Source of the DNA: a virus
Reading direction: 5' to 3' (one strand)
IMG/VR virus record: IMGVR_UViG_3300012000_000001
Span: 64,001 to 128,000 of that record
Length of the DNA: 64,000 nucleotides
Under the pieces are notes generated by a model, which worked only from the letters and a program-made list of their open reading frames with translations, had not been told where the DNA came from and ran no database searches. Positions 40,717-51,104 of the stretch are shown in pieces. The translations under genes and the position numbers were made by a program. Positions within the stretch are counted from its first letter, which is position 1. Each line of letters opens with the position of its first letter.

Positions 40717-42585
40717 TTACTCTCCATATTGTAATATATCTGATATTGTCATAATCTTATCCAACATTGCAACACCTAGAATATCAAATTTGATCAAACC
40801 AAGACCTTCTAAGTCCTGCATTTCCATACCGGCTATGGCTTGTTTATTTCTGGTGTCATATACCATAGGACATACAGAACTCAGATTTTCACTACTAATA
40901 ACTACACCGGCAGCATGTTTTGATTGATTAGATTTAGTACCCTCTAATCGTATTGCCTGCTCAAATCTTTTTGCCAACGGACCTTCGAGCACGTTGTCAT
41001 TAGATATATAGCACCATTCCTTGAGCTTGTCAACATTATTTTCTAATGCCCACTGAATAATAGAAGCTTCACCGGTATCTTCTTTCATTTCTTGAAGCTC
41101 GTCTGCAATTTTGGCTTCGTCTGGAATATTTTTTGTAATCCTATTCATTTCATCAAACGAAATATTGCCATATACTCTTAAAACTTCTTTAAGAGCCCCT
41201 CTACCTTTCATAGTATTGAAAGTAATCATCTGAGAAACCTTATTTGCACCATACTTATTTTTAATATAGTCAATAATATATTCTCGTTTGGTGATAGGTA
41301 CGTCAACATCTATATCTGGCATGGATATGTGATCGACTGTATTTCGCCCCTCATTATAAAATCTTTCGAATAACAAATCATATTTGATAGGATTAATATC
41401 TGTTATACCTATTAGATATGATACCAGACAACCAGCAGCACTACCTCTTCCGGGACCGGGAAGCCAGCCATGGGATTTAACGTGATTCACAATATCCTGA
41501 ACAATTAGAAAGTAGCTGGACAAACCCGCATTTTGTAAAACACTGAGTTCAAATTTAATTCTGTTTAAATAAGTTTCGTGTTCAGTTTCGGGTATTTTAT
41601 TAGATATTTTATCTCGCCAACCATTTCGGCATAGTTGTCTGAGGTATTCGTCTGGTTCTAAATTATTAGGACAATCAAATTTAGGCAAAGCCGGTTTGCT
41701 TAAAATGCTGTATTCTTCACACAAAGAATCAACATAGAGAGTATTCTCAATTTCTTCTTCTGTGTGTAGTGCAAACATTTCTTCTGGAGACAGAATATGA
41801 TAGTTATCTGACTGAAAAAAACAACTTAGAGGAACTTCCTGATTGGCTAAAAGTTTTTTGTTAACGTCTACTAGTGTTGTTTTAAGATTATTACACAACA
41901 ATATACGTTGATCTATAGCATCCTCTTTATTGCAATAGTGTGCGTCTGGAGTGCAGATTACTTTTGTATTGGTTTTCTGTCCAAGAGCACGAACAAAATC
42001 AGTAACCTCTTGCTGCATAGGGTTTAACACCCTATCCATTAGTTGTACCTCAAGGAAAAAATTTTCTGGACCAAAAATTTCTTTCATCTTGGCTACAAAA
42101 TCTATGCCAGTCTTTTCAGCAGTGTTTGAGGATGTTTCAACCAAATCTGGCAACAAAGACCCTAGGTGGCCACAAAATCCTATAATGTTTCCATCTAAGA
42201 AATTTGCTAATTTATCCATACTAATTCTAGGCTTATGATAAAAATTTTCTTCTCTATTAGTTTCAGAAACTATAGAAATAAGCCTACGCCAACCAGCCAA
42301 GTTTTTAGCCAATACTAAAAAATGACTTAAGCCATTATTTTCTTTAGACTTGATAGTAGAATCATCATGAGAAATATATAGTTCACACCCCAAAATAGGT
42401 TTGATGTTTTGAGCCCTAAGTGCTTGAAAAAACTGTAAGGAACCAGATATGGTGCCATGATCAGTAAGGGCACAAGACTTTATGCCTACACTAGCACATC
42501 TTTGTGCTATTTGATGAGGCTTACTAATTCCATCCAATAAACTGTAGTGAGAATGATTATGCAAAGAGGCGTATGTTTTTGTCAT
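40717..42585 (-). CDS. dnaE: DNA polymerase III alpha subunit, N-terminal half (PHP and palm)
   Basis: HNHSHYS, LTDHG, PILGCE, TPDAHY, PGRGSAAG, MPDIDVD, HAAGVVIS, IKFDILG, then stop. Confidence 0.95.
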   Translation of the reverse strand: MTKTYASLHNHSHYSLLDGISKPHQIAQRCASVGIKSCALTDHGTISGSLQFFQALRAQNIKPILGCELYISHDDSTIKSKENNGLSHFLVLAKNLAGWRRLISIVSETNREENFYHKPRISMDKLANFLDGNIIGFCGHLGSLLPDLVETSSNTAEKTGIDFVAKMKEIFGPENFFLEVQLMDRVLNPMQQEVTDFVRALGQKTNTKVICTPDAHYCNKEDAIDQRILLCNNLKTTLVDVNKKLLANQEVPLSCFFQSDNYHILSPEEMFALHTEEEIENTLYVDSLCEEYSILSKPALPKFDCPNNLEPDEYLRQLCRNGWRDKISNKIPETEHETYLNRIKFELSVLQNAGLSSYFLIVQDIVNHVKSHGWLPGPGRGSAAGCLVSYLIGITDINPIKYDLLFERFYNEGRNTVDHISMPDIDVDVPITKREYIIDYIKNKYGANKVSQMITFNTMKGRGALKEVLRVYGNISFDEMNRITKNIPDEAKIADELQEMKEDTGEASIIQWALENNVDKLKEWCYISNDNVLEGPLAKRFEQAIRLEGTKSNQSKHAAGVVISSENLSSVCPMVYDTRNKQAIAGMEMQDLEGLGLIKFDILGVAMLDKIMTISDILQYGE

Positions 42586-43622
42586 ACCGATCCTGGTGCC
42601 TTATAAGATCCAAAAGAGTGATTCGGGTGTTTGTACAGTTCCATTGTAGTGTCGATACCGTAAAGATCAAGGTCGTGCTTTATCTGCTCGCACTTAGTCA
42701 TTTTCTGTCCAATCTGACACACCTGACCGTCCCTATATTCGACTATGGGTTCGATATTGGTGTTTTCAAATGTGGTTTTACCAAAATGACATAGCTTGCT
42801 ACACATCCAGCTTTTGTTTAGTCTTGGCTTCCGTGTGCTTTTAATAGCTTCAAATTTAGCCCGTAGCATATTCTCAGTATCTGCTAAATCAGAATCATGA
42901 AAACAAATGGTGAATGGTCCGCCATCATTAATAAAATATATCGAAAACATAATATGTTTAATATGTGGATATAAGTGCTTGATAGCATAATGATAAATGC
43001 GTAATTGAGGATCTTTTTCTAGTTTTTCTTGTGTTTTTTCTTCCCCGGTTGCCCAATCAAGCCTTCTGCCTGTTTTCCAGTCTATGATCTCTATAGTATC
43101 CTCATTCACTAAAGTAATAAGGTCTATAGTCCCCTTCATTGCTAAATTACCTGCTATCGTTTGAGACCCAACATTATATGAGTATTTAGCCCATGGTTTT
43201 TTAATCTCAAAATCAAAGTGTTGTTCTGGACACAGTATCTGTCTATTTCTTGGATCAAACATTCCATTATTAAATTTTATAGCCTTATAGACCCAGGCAT
43301 GACAATCCTTATAATCTTTAGCCGACCATTTGTGGTGTTGTGTGAGGTCAGTATAGTGCTTATATACTTGTTCAATAATGCTATTTAAGTTATATTTATT
43401 TACATTTATTAAACCAACTACATCATCGTCAATAGACTCCAAATTATCTTGTTGAGCCTTCTTGATGACTGCTAAAATTTCTAAAACCTTATGGGTAATA
43501 GTGCCTTTGTCTGCCTTTTGGCCAGATAGACCACGCCACCCTAAAACATATTCCCCAAAATATTGTTGTTCACACATTGAGTGTGTATTGTAACTGGAAC
43601 TACGAAAATATGTTATAATCAT
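42582..43622 (-). CDS. PD-(D/E)XK exonuclease (RecB/Cas4-like)
   Basis: GTIDLI...IIDWKTG...QLRIYHYA; N-terminal Cys plus C-terminal CSKLC...C cluster suggests an Fe-S staple. Confidence 0.85.
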   Translation of the reverse strand: MIITYFRSSSYNTHSMCEQQYFGEYVLGWRGLSGQKADKGTITHKVLEILAVIKKAQQDNLESIDDDVVGLINVNKYNLNSIIEQVYKHYTDLTQHHKWSAKDYKDCHAWVYKAIKFNNGMFDPRNRQILCPEQHFDFEIKKPWAKYSYNVGSQTIAGNLAMKGTIDLITLVNEDTIEIIDWKTGRRLDWATGEEKTQEKLEKDPQLRIYHYAIKHLYPHIKHIMFSIYFINDGGPFTICFHDSDLADTENMLRAKFEAIKSTRKPRLNKSWMCSKLCHFGKTTFENTNIEPIVEYRDGQVCQIGQKMTKCEQIKHDLDLYGIDTTMELYKHPNHSFGSYKAPGSV

Positions 43623-44350
43623 CTGGTCAATCCTAGGATTTTTTCTATTAATGTTTTTACTTGACTAACCTGATCATATATAGACGACTCAGCATTGTCT
43701 ATCACATGATCAAATTTGGACCAATCATACCTATCTTTATCTAAGATGCATTCGCTTAAATGATCAGAGTTGTGCGGATTCCGAGTAAGTCTTAATACTT
43801 TACCTCCGATATTTTGTATAGCCTCAACTTCGTTTGGAAAACGGCAATCGGTTATAACGGCTAGTTTGGGTTGTTCTCTCACAATTTTAGTAACTGTAGC
43901 TTTAACCCATACGTCAGAATCTAGCTTGCGAAAAATATCGGTCCCGATAATCTGCATAGCGTCTCTAGCAGTTAGCGGCTGATCATTCCATGTCAAGTGT
44001 GTTGGTTGGTTTTTGTCCATATCTGAGCCATAACACTGATCATATGTTAAACCCAAAATATTCATACAAATATCTTGTTTTAACACATCAGCAAAGTTAT
44101 AAATTTTAATTTGACTATTTAGTTTGGCTAATAGAGATTGGGCTTCTGTATCTGTTTTGGGTATAGATAACGGAGAGAACACCCCTTCGTATTGTTTATT
44201 TCCACCAAGGTCCGATATAAGAACCTGCCCATCTTCATCAAAAAATATTTTTTCAGCCAAATTAAGTTTAGCAATATATAACGATAAAATAAAATTACCC
44301 ACCGTTGTTTTCCCAGACTGCTTGCGACCAGAAACACCCAACACTATCAT
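43619..44350 (-). CDS. Deoxynucleoside monophosphate kinase
   Basis: GVSGRKQSGKTT, YNFADVLK, RDAMQIIGTDIFR, ITDCRFPNE. Confidence 0.88.
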   Translation of the reverse strand: MIVLGVSGRKQSGKTTVGNFILSLYIAKLNLAEKIFFDEDGQVLISDLGGNKQYEGVFSPLSIPKTDTEAQSLLAKLNSQIKIYNFADVLKQDICMNILGLTYDQCYGSDMDKNQPTHLTWNDQPLTARDAMQIIGTDIFRKLDSDVWVKATVTKIVREQPKLAVITDCRFPNEVEAIQNIGGKVLRLTRNPHNSDHLSECILDKDRYDWSKFDHVIDNAESSIYDQVSQVKTLIEKILGLTR

Positions 44351-45513
44351 ATAGTATATCCTTTAAGTTGTGGTACTATGCTTTCATGAATCTGTTCTAT
44401 TGTCATATCTGCAATATCATTAGAAGTTAATTGTATATGTTTAATGTTATATGTTCTACAACATTTCTCTTCAATATTTTTAGCAGCTGCCTGACCAGCT
44501 TGGTCATTGTCCATAATAGTAATTATGTTCATTGCGCCCGAAATGTCCAATAACATCTTCTGCTTGTGGCTTAATGATGCGCCGAAGATGGCAACAGCAT
44601 TGTGTATTCCTGCTTCTTCTAGTCTCCATACGTTACCGGGACTCTCTACAAGAATAACGGTATGAGAAGTAGAAATATGGTCTTTTGCAAACCAATAGTT
44701 GTACAGACACTCTTGGGTTTTAAAGTTTTTATTATGTCTCCATTTAGAATATTTCCAAATTTCACTATCTGATGGACAGTCGCTGTCTGGTATATGATAT
44801 CCTGAACATTGGCCGCATTTATCATGTATTGTTCTACCCGTACACCCAATCATATATTGGCCACTATCATCATAGACAGGGACAACCGCTCTAGAGTGCA
44901 TTTCTTTGTTGGGATCAGAGCAGTCTCCTACGTCATACCGTCTCAATACTTCCTCGCTGAACCCTCTATTTAAAAAGTAAGTGGAAGGAATCGACAATGC
45001 TTTAACAACCGATGCTCGGGGCACAGTGCTGATATTGGCCAACCTATCAGAAGGCTGAATATTTTTAATAGCATTAATAAAAGTGGACTTTTCTTTAGCC
45101 TTTTTAGACACCTTTATATTAGCAGGATCCTCTTTGCTAAAATCAATAGCATACCCAAGAGCCTCTGCAAAAGACACTACTGGGTCTCCGGGTTTTACCC
45201 ATCCCTTTTCATGAGATAAGCATCCTCTAATAAATCCTATGATAGAGGACTTGAATGTTTCCTCACATTGATGAGTACGACATTTCCAATTTCCCCTATA
45301 AGAATCTCCTTGATGATATAAATTAAAAGCAGAGTCATTATCCCCACCATGAATGGGACAACTCATAATGATCATTTTGTCTAACATTCTATAAGAAGTT
45401 ATACCAAGATGGCTCAAAAGGTTTTCAATATCATCACAAACAACATCAGATAAATGCTTTAACTGATGCTGATCATACGAAAGGTATTTCTTCTGTTTCT
45501 TCATTGTTTTCAT
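44347..45513 (-). CDS. dnaG: DNA primase (Zn finger plus TOPRIM)
   Basis: CPIHGGDN...WKCRTHQC; VILVESPGNV; IMDNDQAG. Confidence 0.9.
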   Translation of the reverse strand: MKTMKKQKKYLSYDQHQLKHLSDVVCDDIENLLSHLGITSYRMLDKMIIMSCPIHGGDNDSAFNLYHQGDSYRGNWKCRTHQCEETFKSSIIGFIRGCLSHEKGWVKPGDPVVSFAEALGYAIDFSKEDPANIKVSKKAKEKSTFINAIKNIQPSDRLANISTVPRASVVKALSIPSTYFLNRGFSEEVLRRYDVGDCSDPNKEMHSRAVVPVYDDSGQYMIGCTGRTIHDKCGQCSGYHIPDSDCPSDSEIWKYSKWRHNKNFKTQECLYNYWFAKDHISTSHTVILVESPGNVWRLEEAGIHNAVAIFGASLSHKQKMLLDISGAMNIITIMDNDQAGQAAAKNIEEKCCRTYNIKHIQLTSNDIADMTIEQIHESIVPQLKGYTI

Positions 45514-46945
45514 TGTTGCTAACTATAAACCCATCTTTTTTAGTTTGAACATTATTCATTAATTCTAATCTGGTCTTGCCCTCTGTAATTTTAGCACACC
45601 ACCCCTTCATATGACAGTTGATGTAGTCATTATCGTCTAATCCTCCACCATGGCGACTAATTAACGGAACCAGTTTTCTGTTTCCATGTTCTCCGCCATC
45701 TTCTGCAATCTCTTCGTCTGATTTACGTTTAAAAATAGTAAAGTTGCTGCACAACCATATAATTCTATCGGAACCGCTGGCAGTATCAGTACTTTCTTTA
45801 GATATGCCATCTCTATTTAATTGAATAAAGGCTACAATAGGTACTTTGTATTTAACGGCAAAATTATGTAATGATGTCATCATAAACCCAAGGACTTGGT
45901 ATTCTTTCATATCCTGAGAAATACCAGCAGAGTCCATGAGCTTTAGATAATCATAAAAAATTACACACTCTTTGGCAGTGCCGTCATCATTGAGCCCCAC
46001 TTCTTTAACTATCCACCTCCTCATTAGAGCTAGTTGTTCTTCAAATGATTTTCCTGCAATACTATGGTGGTAAAGTCTACTCTCCTTAAGCTCATTAACA
46101 GCCGCTTTCATCTTGGCTAAAGATCCGGGCGTATCTCCAAATTTGCCTGTTTCTATCTTAGATATTTCTAATTCTGATGACATAGCAAGTATACGATGCA
46201 CATGATCTTCTCTAGTCATTTCGGTATCCATATTCAATACCGGTATTTTTAACTTGCTAGCAATATAATAACCCATATTGTCTGATAGTAGTGTTTTACC
46301 TACTTTGGGTCTAGCTGCTATCACATTAACAGTTCCGCGACGTAATCCTCCACCAATAGACTGGTCATATACAGGAAAACCTGTTGAGATACCAATCTGA
46401 TCAACTTTATTCTCTTGTAAAGACTTAATATAATCATCAATATCTTTACTAATAGCCAACGGAGTAGATTCTCCGTCACTTGATAATGATGAAGCAAAGT
46501 TAAAGATGGAATCTTCTGCAATGCCTATTATAGAAGATATGTTTTCTGAGCCAGTAACATCTAATAGCTGTTCTTGCACACCTTCAAGTTCCTTATGGAG
46601 CAATCTCGCTATTTCGAGTTTCTTAATCTTTGCAGCAAATTTTCTAACATTCTCCAAATTAACTGGGAAGTCAAAAATTGCTTTGAGATGCTGCGCTTCT
46701 TCTTTCTTTGATAGAATATGAGAAAGATCTAGTTCTTGGGCAGAAGAGTATATCGAAGCCAGATCGATTTTAGTTTGTGAATTTTTATCACAGATATTCT
46801 TAATACATTTATAGATTATTTGATTGCTGTCAATAGTAAATGTATCTTCTTTAAGAATATCACAAATATCCAAATAGGCATCCTCACCATACTTTAAGAT
46901 GCCGCTCAATACCGCACGCTCTGCGGAAGGATCACATAAAATCAT
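45473..46945 (-). CDS. dnaB: Replicative DNA helicase
   Basis: AERAVLSG, ARPKVGKT, DTEM, FYDYLKLM, IQLNR, ASGSDRI. Confidence 0.93.
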   Translation of the reverse strand: MILCDPSAERAVLSGILKYGEDAYLDICDILKEDTFTIDSNQIIYKCIKNICDKNSQTKIDLASIYSSAQELDLSHILSKKEEAQHLKAIFDFPVNLENVRKFAAKIKKLEIARLLHKELEGVQEQLLDVTGSENISSIIGIAEDSIFNFASSLSSDGESTPLAISKDIDDYIKSLQENKVDQIGISTGFPVYDQSIGGGLRRGTVNVIAARPKVGKTLLSDNMGYYIASKLKIPVLNMDTEMTREDHVHRILAMSSELEISKIETGKFGDTPGSLAKMKAAVNELKESRLYHHSIAGKSFEEQLALMRRWIVKEVGLNDDGTAKECVIFYDYLKLMDSAGISQDMKEYQVLGFMMTSLHNFAVKYKVPIVAFIQLNRDGISKESTDTASGSDRIIWLCSNFTIFKRKSDEEIAEDGGEHGNRKLVPLISRHGGGLDDNDYINCHMKGWCAKITEGKTRLELMNNVQTKKDGFIVSNNENNEETEEIPFV

Positions 46946-46954
46946 AAATAGCTT

Positions 46955-47386
46955 TTACCCCGCTTGAGTTGAACAATTATTACACTTATATCTCGATGCG
47001 CCTTCAAAAATAAGTCCTGGACTTACTATTTCGGTTCTCCCACATACTCTACAGGTTACTTCTACTGGTTCAAACTCCCTCATCCTCGCTACAGGAGGAT
47101 GCTTAGCAAGTTTTTTGTCTACTGCTGCATCCTCTTTATGCATATTAAATTCTGGCATATTAGCAAACTTGTTCTCAAATTCATCATCATCTTTTCTTTT
47201 TCTTTGACGACTTTTAGTTTTCAGCTTTGTTGGTGCTGTTTTTGGTTTTCTTGTATTAGGAGCAGTTTCTGGTACGTCATCTGCTTCTGCGGCAGTAACA
47301 GTATCGTCATTTGGCAGAAGACTCTGTAGTAAATTAATTAAAAGCTTAACATTTTCTGGATTGTTTAATACTTCTTTAGGATCCAT
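46955..47386 (-). CDS. Hypothetical protein with C-terminal Zn ribbon
   Basis: CRVC...CNNC; basic low-complexity middle. Confidence 0.7.
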   Translation of the reverse strand: MDPKEVLNNPENVKLLINLLQSLLPNDDTVTAAEADDVPETAPNTRKPKTAPTKLKTKSRQRKRKDDDEFENKFANMPEFNMHKEDAAVDKKLAKHPPVARMREFEPVEVTCRVCGRTEIVSPGLIFEGASRYKCNNCSTQAG

Positions 47387-47867
47387 GGTTCACCTTGGCT
47401 CGTTGAATAGATAACATAATATCAGATAAATTCTTTAAACTATTAGCTATATAAGATAATCTATCAGATCTTTGCTTTGCAAATTTCTTAATATTGTTCA
47501 GAGATTGGGCTTTTTCATTATGCTTAATCGCCTGCAAGGATTTCTCTATATATCCGTAACCCTTATAATTATTAATTTCATCAGCAATGGTTTCTTTAAT
47601 AGATTCATCGGCCCAGTTTTGTCTAGCAATTTCTCTGTTTATTGTTCTTTGAACATGAAAAGCAAACTGTGCCAGCCTATATGATATTTGGGCACAGTCC
47701 TCTGGTGATAACTTTTCTATCTCGTCTCTCGACATAGTAAGATAGTTATTTATTTCCTGTTCGGATACACCATATGTCTGAGTATATTCAGGCAAAGCAA
47801 TGCTCTTTTCATACTCATCCAGTATTTTGTCCCAATGCTGTAAATCTTCTTTTGCTGTTCTAGTCAT
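47376..47867 (-). CDS. Helical hypothetical protein, possibly UvsY-like recombination mediator
   Basis: 163 aa, predicted all-helical, two genes downstream of recA. The UvsY assignment rests on size and position only. Confidence 0.4.
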   Translation of the reverse strand: MTRTAKEDLQHWDKILDEYEKSIALPEYTQTYGVSEQEINNYLTMSRDEIEKLSPEDCAQISYRLAQFAFHVQRTINREIARQNWADESIKETIADEINNYKGYGYIEKSLQAIKHNEKAQSLNNIKKFAKQRSDRLSYIANSLKNLSDIMLSIQRAKVNHGS

Positions 47868-48270
47868 TCTGAGATATCCTTTTTCCCCATACGTCAGCTT
47901 CTTCCATATATCCGAATACTATATATTTAATACCATTTTTTTCACACCATTCTTGCTTATCATGATCTCTTTTTTGAGCCTTGAGAAAAGACATTATAGA
48001 ATTATGATAGAATGGTATAAATTTATAATGCTGTTCTCCATGCACTTCTATAGCCATCTTTAACAAGGGAATGTAGAAATCCAGATACAGAGTTTCCGAC
48101 CTTCTTAAAGGAACTGGTACTTCCTCTAAGATCTGCATAGTAGGATAGTTCTGTACGATAACTTTCCTGGCCTGCAAATGAAGAGATGACTTGTTCTGTA
48201 GTTTACCCTTTGAGATGCATCCTGTCAAGTGCCAAGCAACCACATTGTTGTCCAAATCGATAATATTCAT
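47860..48270 (-). CDS. Vsr/DUF559-like PD-(D/E)XK endonuclease
   Basis: LYLDFYIP...IEVHGEQHY...RDHDKQEWCEKNGIKYI. Confidence 0.8.
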   Translation of the reverse strand: MNIIDLDNNVVAWHLTGCISKGKLQNKSSLHLQARKVIVQNYPTMQILEEVPVPLRRSETLYLDFYIPLLKMAIEVHGEQHYKFIPFYHNSIMSFLKAQKRDHDKQEWCEKNGIKYIVFGYMEEADVWGKRISQND

Positions 48271-49289
48271 TTCTTGATTCCAAGAACCTCTTTTACAGCA
48301 TTTTCTACAATAGTATAGGACTCGGGATTTTCTAATAGATAATTTCTAACCTTTTCAGCCCCTTGGAATTTTGGCTTATCTTCAAGAACTGTAATTGTGT
48401 ACCAAGCACCACCCTTGTGAATTATACCAACATCAGAGGCTAAATTAATAATTTCTGTATATTTATCAATACCTTGTCCATATCGAATAAAACTGGTAGT
48501 TGTAGCTCCGGGCGGACCAAGAGCAGAGCATATTACTTGCCATTCTATTTCTTGTCCGATTTGTGTATTATCAGAACCTAGTAGCCAAGGCTTAAAGGTC
48601 TTAGCTCTAAGCTTAATGTCTGTTTGATAAGCAATAGCCTGTCCAGACTTTTCTTTAAATTCAGCACCATAGCCTGTAGGATTACCCATTAAATGAGTAA
48701 TGCCAATAACTATATTTTTATTTACTGGAATAACATTAGCCACCTTGCGGCAAAATTTAGCTAATAACTTGGCACCGTCTGCTCTCTGCATTTTATCCAT
48801 ATCGGAAGTAATTTCAGCCTCTGTACACAATGCAGAATATGAGTCTATAATTAGAATACAACCAGGAACTTCATTAATAATTCTTTCAGCTATCTGTAAG
48901 TACTCTTCTCCATGTAGAATCTTTCCTTGTTGAGATCCAATCACATGAAATCGAGTTAAGTCCAAATTTGGTATACCTTCCAAATCTCTCTTTTTCAATC
49001 TACCTTCGATGTTAAGGTAGTACACTTGCCGACCATCTTTAAAAGATCCGTGAGCGTATTCTTTTTTTTGTGCTGTAGCGGCAAAGTCCAACGAGGATGT
49101 TGTTTTACCACACTTAGGCTGCCCCGTTAATACAACAAAACTACCCTCAGGTATTCCTCCGTTCAGAGCTATATCCAATGCTGGACTAACTGGTATGGTC
49201 AAAACCTTTTTATCTACAAGAGCATTGCCCGATAAAATGATTTCATCACCAAAATTTTTAATCACATCTTCTTTAAGTGTAGTAGCCAT
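48267..49289 (-). CDS. recA: RecA/UvsX-like recombinase
   Basis: LDIALNGGIPEG, GQPKCGKTT, IIDSYSAL, GQAIAYQTDIKL, KGGAWY. Confidence 0.92.
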   Translation of the reverse strand: MATTLKEDVIKNFGDEIILSGNALVDKKVLTIPVSPALDIALNGGIPEGSFVVLTGQPKCGKTTSSLDFAATAQKKEYAHGSFKDGRQVYYLNIEGRLKKRDLEGIPNLDLTRFHVIGSQQGKILHGEEYLQIAERIINEVPGCILIIDSYSALCTEAEITSDMDKMQRADGAKLLAKFCRKVANVIPVNKNIVIGITHLMGNPTGYGAEFKEKSGQAIAYQTDIKLRAKTFKPWLLGSDNTQIGQEIEWQVICSALGPPGATTTSFIRYGQGIDKYTEIINLASDVGIIHKGGAWYTITVLEDKPKFQGAEKVRNYLLENPESYTIVENAVKEVLGIKK

Positions 49290-49705
49290 TATTCTAAGTC
49301 CCGTAGTTTGGAAATGATATTAGGTTTATTTGTAGTTTTTCTGTGAACTACATTTTCTTTACGATCATAATCTGTAGTCAACTCCGTATTCTCCTGCTCC
49401 ACAGACTTCTGATATTGTTCTATAATAACTATCAGATGAGGAGCACGCAAAGAATAAATTTTCGCTGCTTTGTTATCGTTTAGTGCCTTGATAATGGCTC
49501 TAGGATGGTATTTTTGCAATAGTTTATTTGCTGAACTAATTTGATTTCTATAATAGGCGGCCCATTCTTTAGTGACCCAAAACCTATAATGTAAATCAAC
49601 CGAGTTTAATTGTGCTTTGTGTTCACAAATCAACTCGGTAATATACTGAGCAGCAGAAACGTCTTTGCCGTTAGAATACCGTGACGGGTATTTAGCTTTA
49701 TGCAT
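49289..49705 (-). CDS. Hypothetical protein
   Basis: 138-aa ORF, translationally coupled to neighbours. Confidence 0.7.
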   Translation of the reverse strand: MHKAKYPSRYSNGKDVSAAQYITELICEHKAQLNSVDLHYRFWVTKEWAAYYRNQISSANKLLQKYHPRAIIKALNDNKAAKIYSLRAPHLIVIIEQYQKSVEQENTELTTDYDRKENVVHRKTTNKPNIISKLRDLE

Positions 49706-50028
49706 TACTTATTATTTGGTCGAAAGATATTCTTTTCTTGGTTACGACCCTGACTAACAGATGCTTGTTTTCTGGTTTCATCGCCAATCGATGAAGCATC
49801 CTTTGTCATGATAGCTACATTATTTAGTTTTTTACCAGACGTATGCGTTATCATTAAATTTTTAGGATTTGTTTTAGAAGTTGTTGCTGCAACCTTAGCA
49901 TGATCAGCTAATACAGAACTAACCTGTTTTTCTGTAACGTCTAGTTCTTCAACTATCTGATCTGTAGTATGGCCAGATTGATGTAGCCAAAGTATTGCGT
50001 ATGTGTTGACTTTAGTAAGTTTAGCCAT
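49705..50028 (-). CDS. Hypothetical protein with possible N-terminal HTH
   Basis: TTDQIVEELDVTEKQVSSVL has an HTH-like pattern. Confidence 0.55.
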   Translation of the reverse strand: MAKLTKVNTYAILWLHQSGHTTDQIVEELDVTEKQVSSVLADHAKVAATTSKTNPKNLMITHTSGKKLNNVAIMTKDASSIGDETRKQASVSQGRNQEKNIFRPNNK

Positions 50029-50408
50029 CAGATCTTCTCTCTTTCTGCTTTATTAAGCCATAATAAATTTTTTGAACTAAGAAATTGTAAATAATAATTA
50101 AATACAGTTTGATTTACAGCAGTAAAGCGATTAGTTGGGCGACATGTATTGTCTATAATGCTAGTAGACTTATCTTCTCCCACTTGAGATACAGGATTAT
50201 ATAACTTATTATTTGTTGCTAGACGAATCAAATATTGAGGAGGAGCGCTAAACTTGGTAATAACTTTTGCCAAAACCTTATTATTGTCGGTCCTTGTCAT
50301 AGGGTTGCCTTCTGCATCTAAATATTCTTCATCCCCTATTAAGCAATAGAATTTATATTCTGGGGTGTCATTTTTGTTTTTATCGATTGTAAATATAAAA
50401 TTATCCAT
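50028..50408 (-). CDS. Hypothetical protein, paralogue of 51105-51506
   Basis: Shares FxCLxGxExxLD, YNP and FLxxxNxxWL motifs with the 51105 gene. Confidence 0.75.
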   Translation of the reverse strand: MDNFIFTIDKNKNDTPEYKFYCLIGDEEYLDAEGNPMTRTDNNKVLAKVITKFSAPPQYLIRLATNNKLYNPVSQVGEDKSTSIIDNTCRPTNRFTAVNQTVFNYYLQFLSSKNLLWLNKAEREKI

Positions 50409-50751
50409 TATTAATCTCCGATGCCGAATCTGTGGCTTCTTTATCTGACATCATAATACATTTCTGTAAACGGTCAAAGAACCCCGCCATATACTCATGG
50501 TAGTGTTTGTTTTGAGGAACTGGAACGTGGTAGTTTTGTTTACAAATTTCATTAACGCCTGTTGTGTTACCAGTATCGTCTTGTTCCAGAACCTTGGCAG
50601 TGACAGTAATAACAATTTCATGCCTACACTCTAAAAGCTTTTCATATTCTTGACTAATTTCATTAGCTAGTGAATATTGTTTTAAAACACTATCTAATGC
50701 GTCGTGTATACTCTTCTTTTCTTCATCACTAATATTTGCACTATCACTCAT
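50401..50751 (-). CDS. Hypothetical protein
   Basis: 116-aa ORF overlapping neighbours by a few bases. Confidence 0.65.
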   Translation of the reverse strand: MSDSANISDEEKKSIHDALDSVLKQYSLANEISQEYEKLLECRHEIVITVTAKVLEQDDTGNTTGVNEICKQNYHVPVPQNKHYHEYMAGFFDRLQKCIMMSDKEATDSASEINNG

Positions 50752-51101
50752 TATTCAGTCCATTTGATTTTCGTTTTAGGTTTCTTCATTTTGGACATAC
50801 CCTTTGGCAGATTAAGGGGTTCGTCTTTATCTTTGTAGTCGTTGTGCTTTGCATGTAGGGCCATTTTTTGATCATCACTTAACATGTCCCTATTTCTATT
50901 TGCCAAATCTCCTATAGTTTTTAATTCACTAGAGTGTTTTTTAATAGCACAAGCAACACTTGTTACGTCGTCCTCATAAGATCGCTCTGTCTGTTTATTA
51001 GAGCAGTGTACGCATCGTGGACTCTCGGTATAATCCGAAAAATGAGCAAACAATTCAAACTTACTGTTGCACTTATTACATTTATAAGTATATATTGGCA
51101 T
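50751..51101 (-). CDS. FmdB-family zinc-ribbon protein
   Basis: MPIYTYKCNKCNSKFE...PRCVHC. Confidence 0.85.
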   Translation of the reverse strand: MPIYTYKCNKCNSKFELFAHFSDYTESPRCVHCSNKQTERSYEDDVTSVACAIKKHSSELKTIGDLANRNRDMLSDDQKMALHAKHNDYKDKDEPLNLPKGMSKMKKPKTKIKWTE

Positions 51102-51104
51102 GAC

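Noticed and set aside
39842-40717. Split intein or intron joining the dnaE halves
   Set aside because: No intein N- or C-terminal motifs; the intervening DNA is fully occupied by two coupled ORFs with no intron-like structure.
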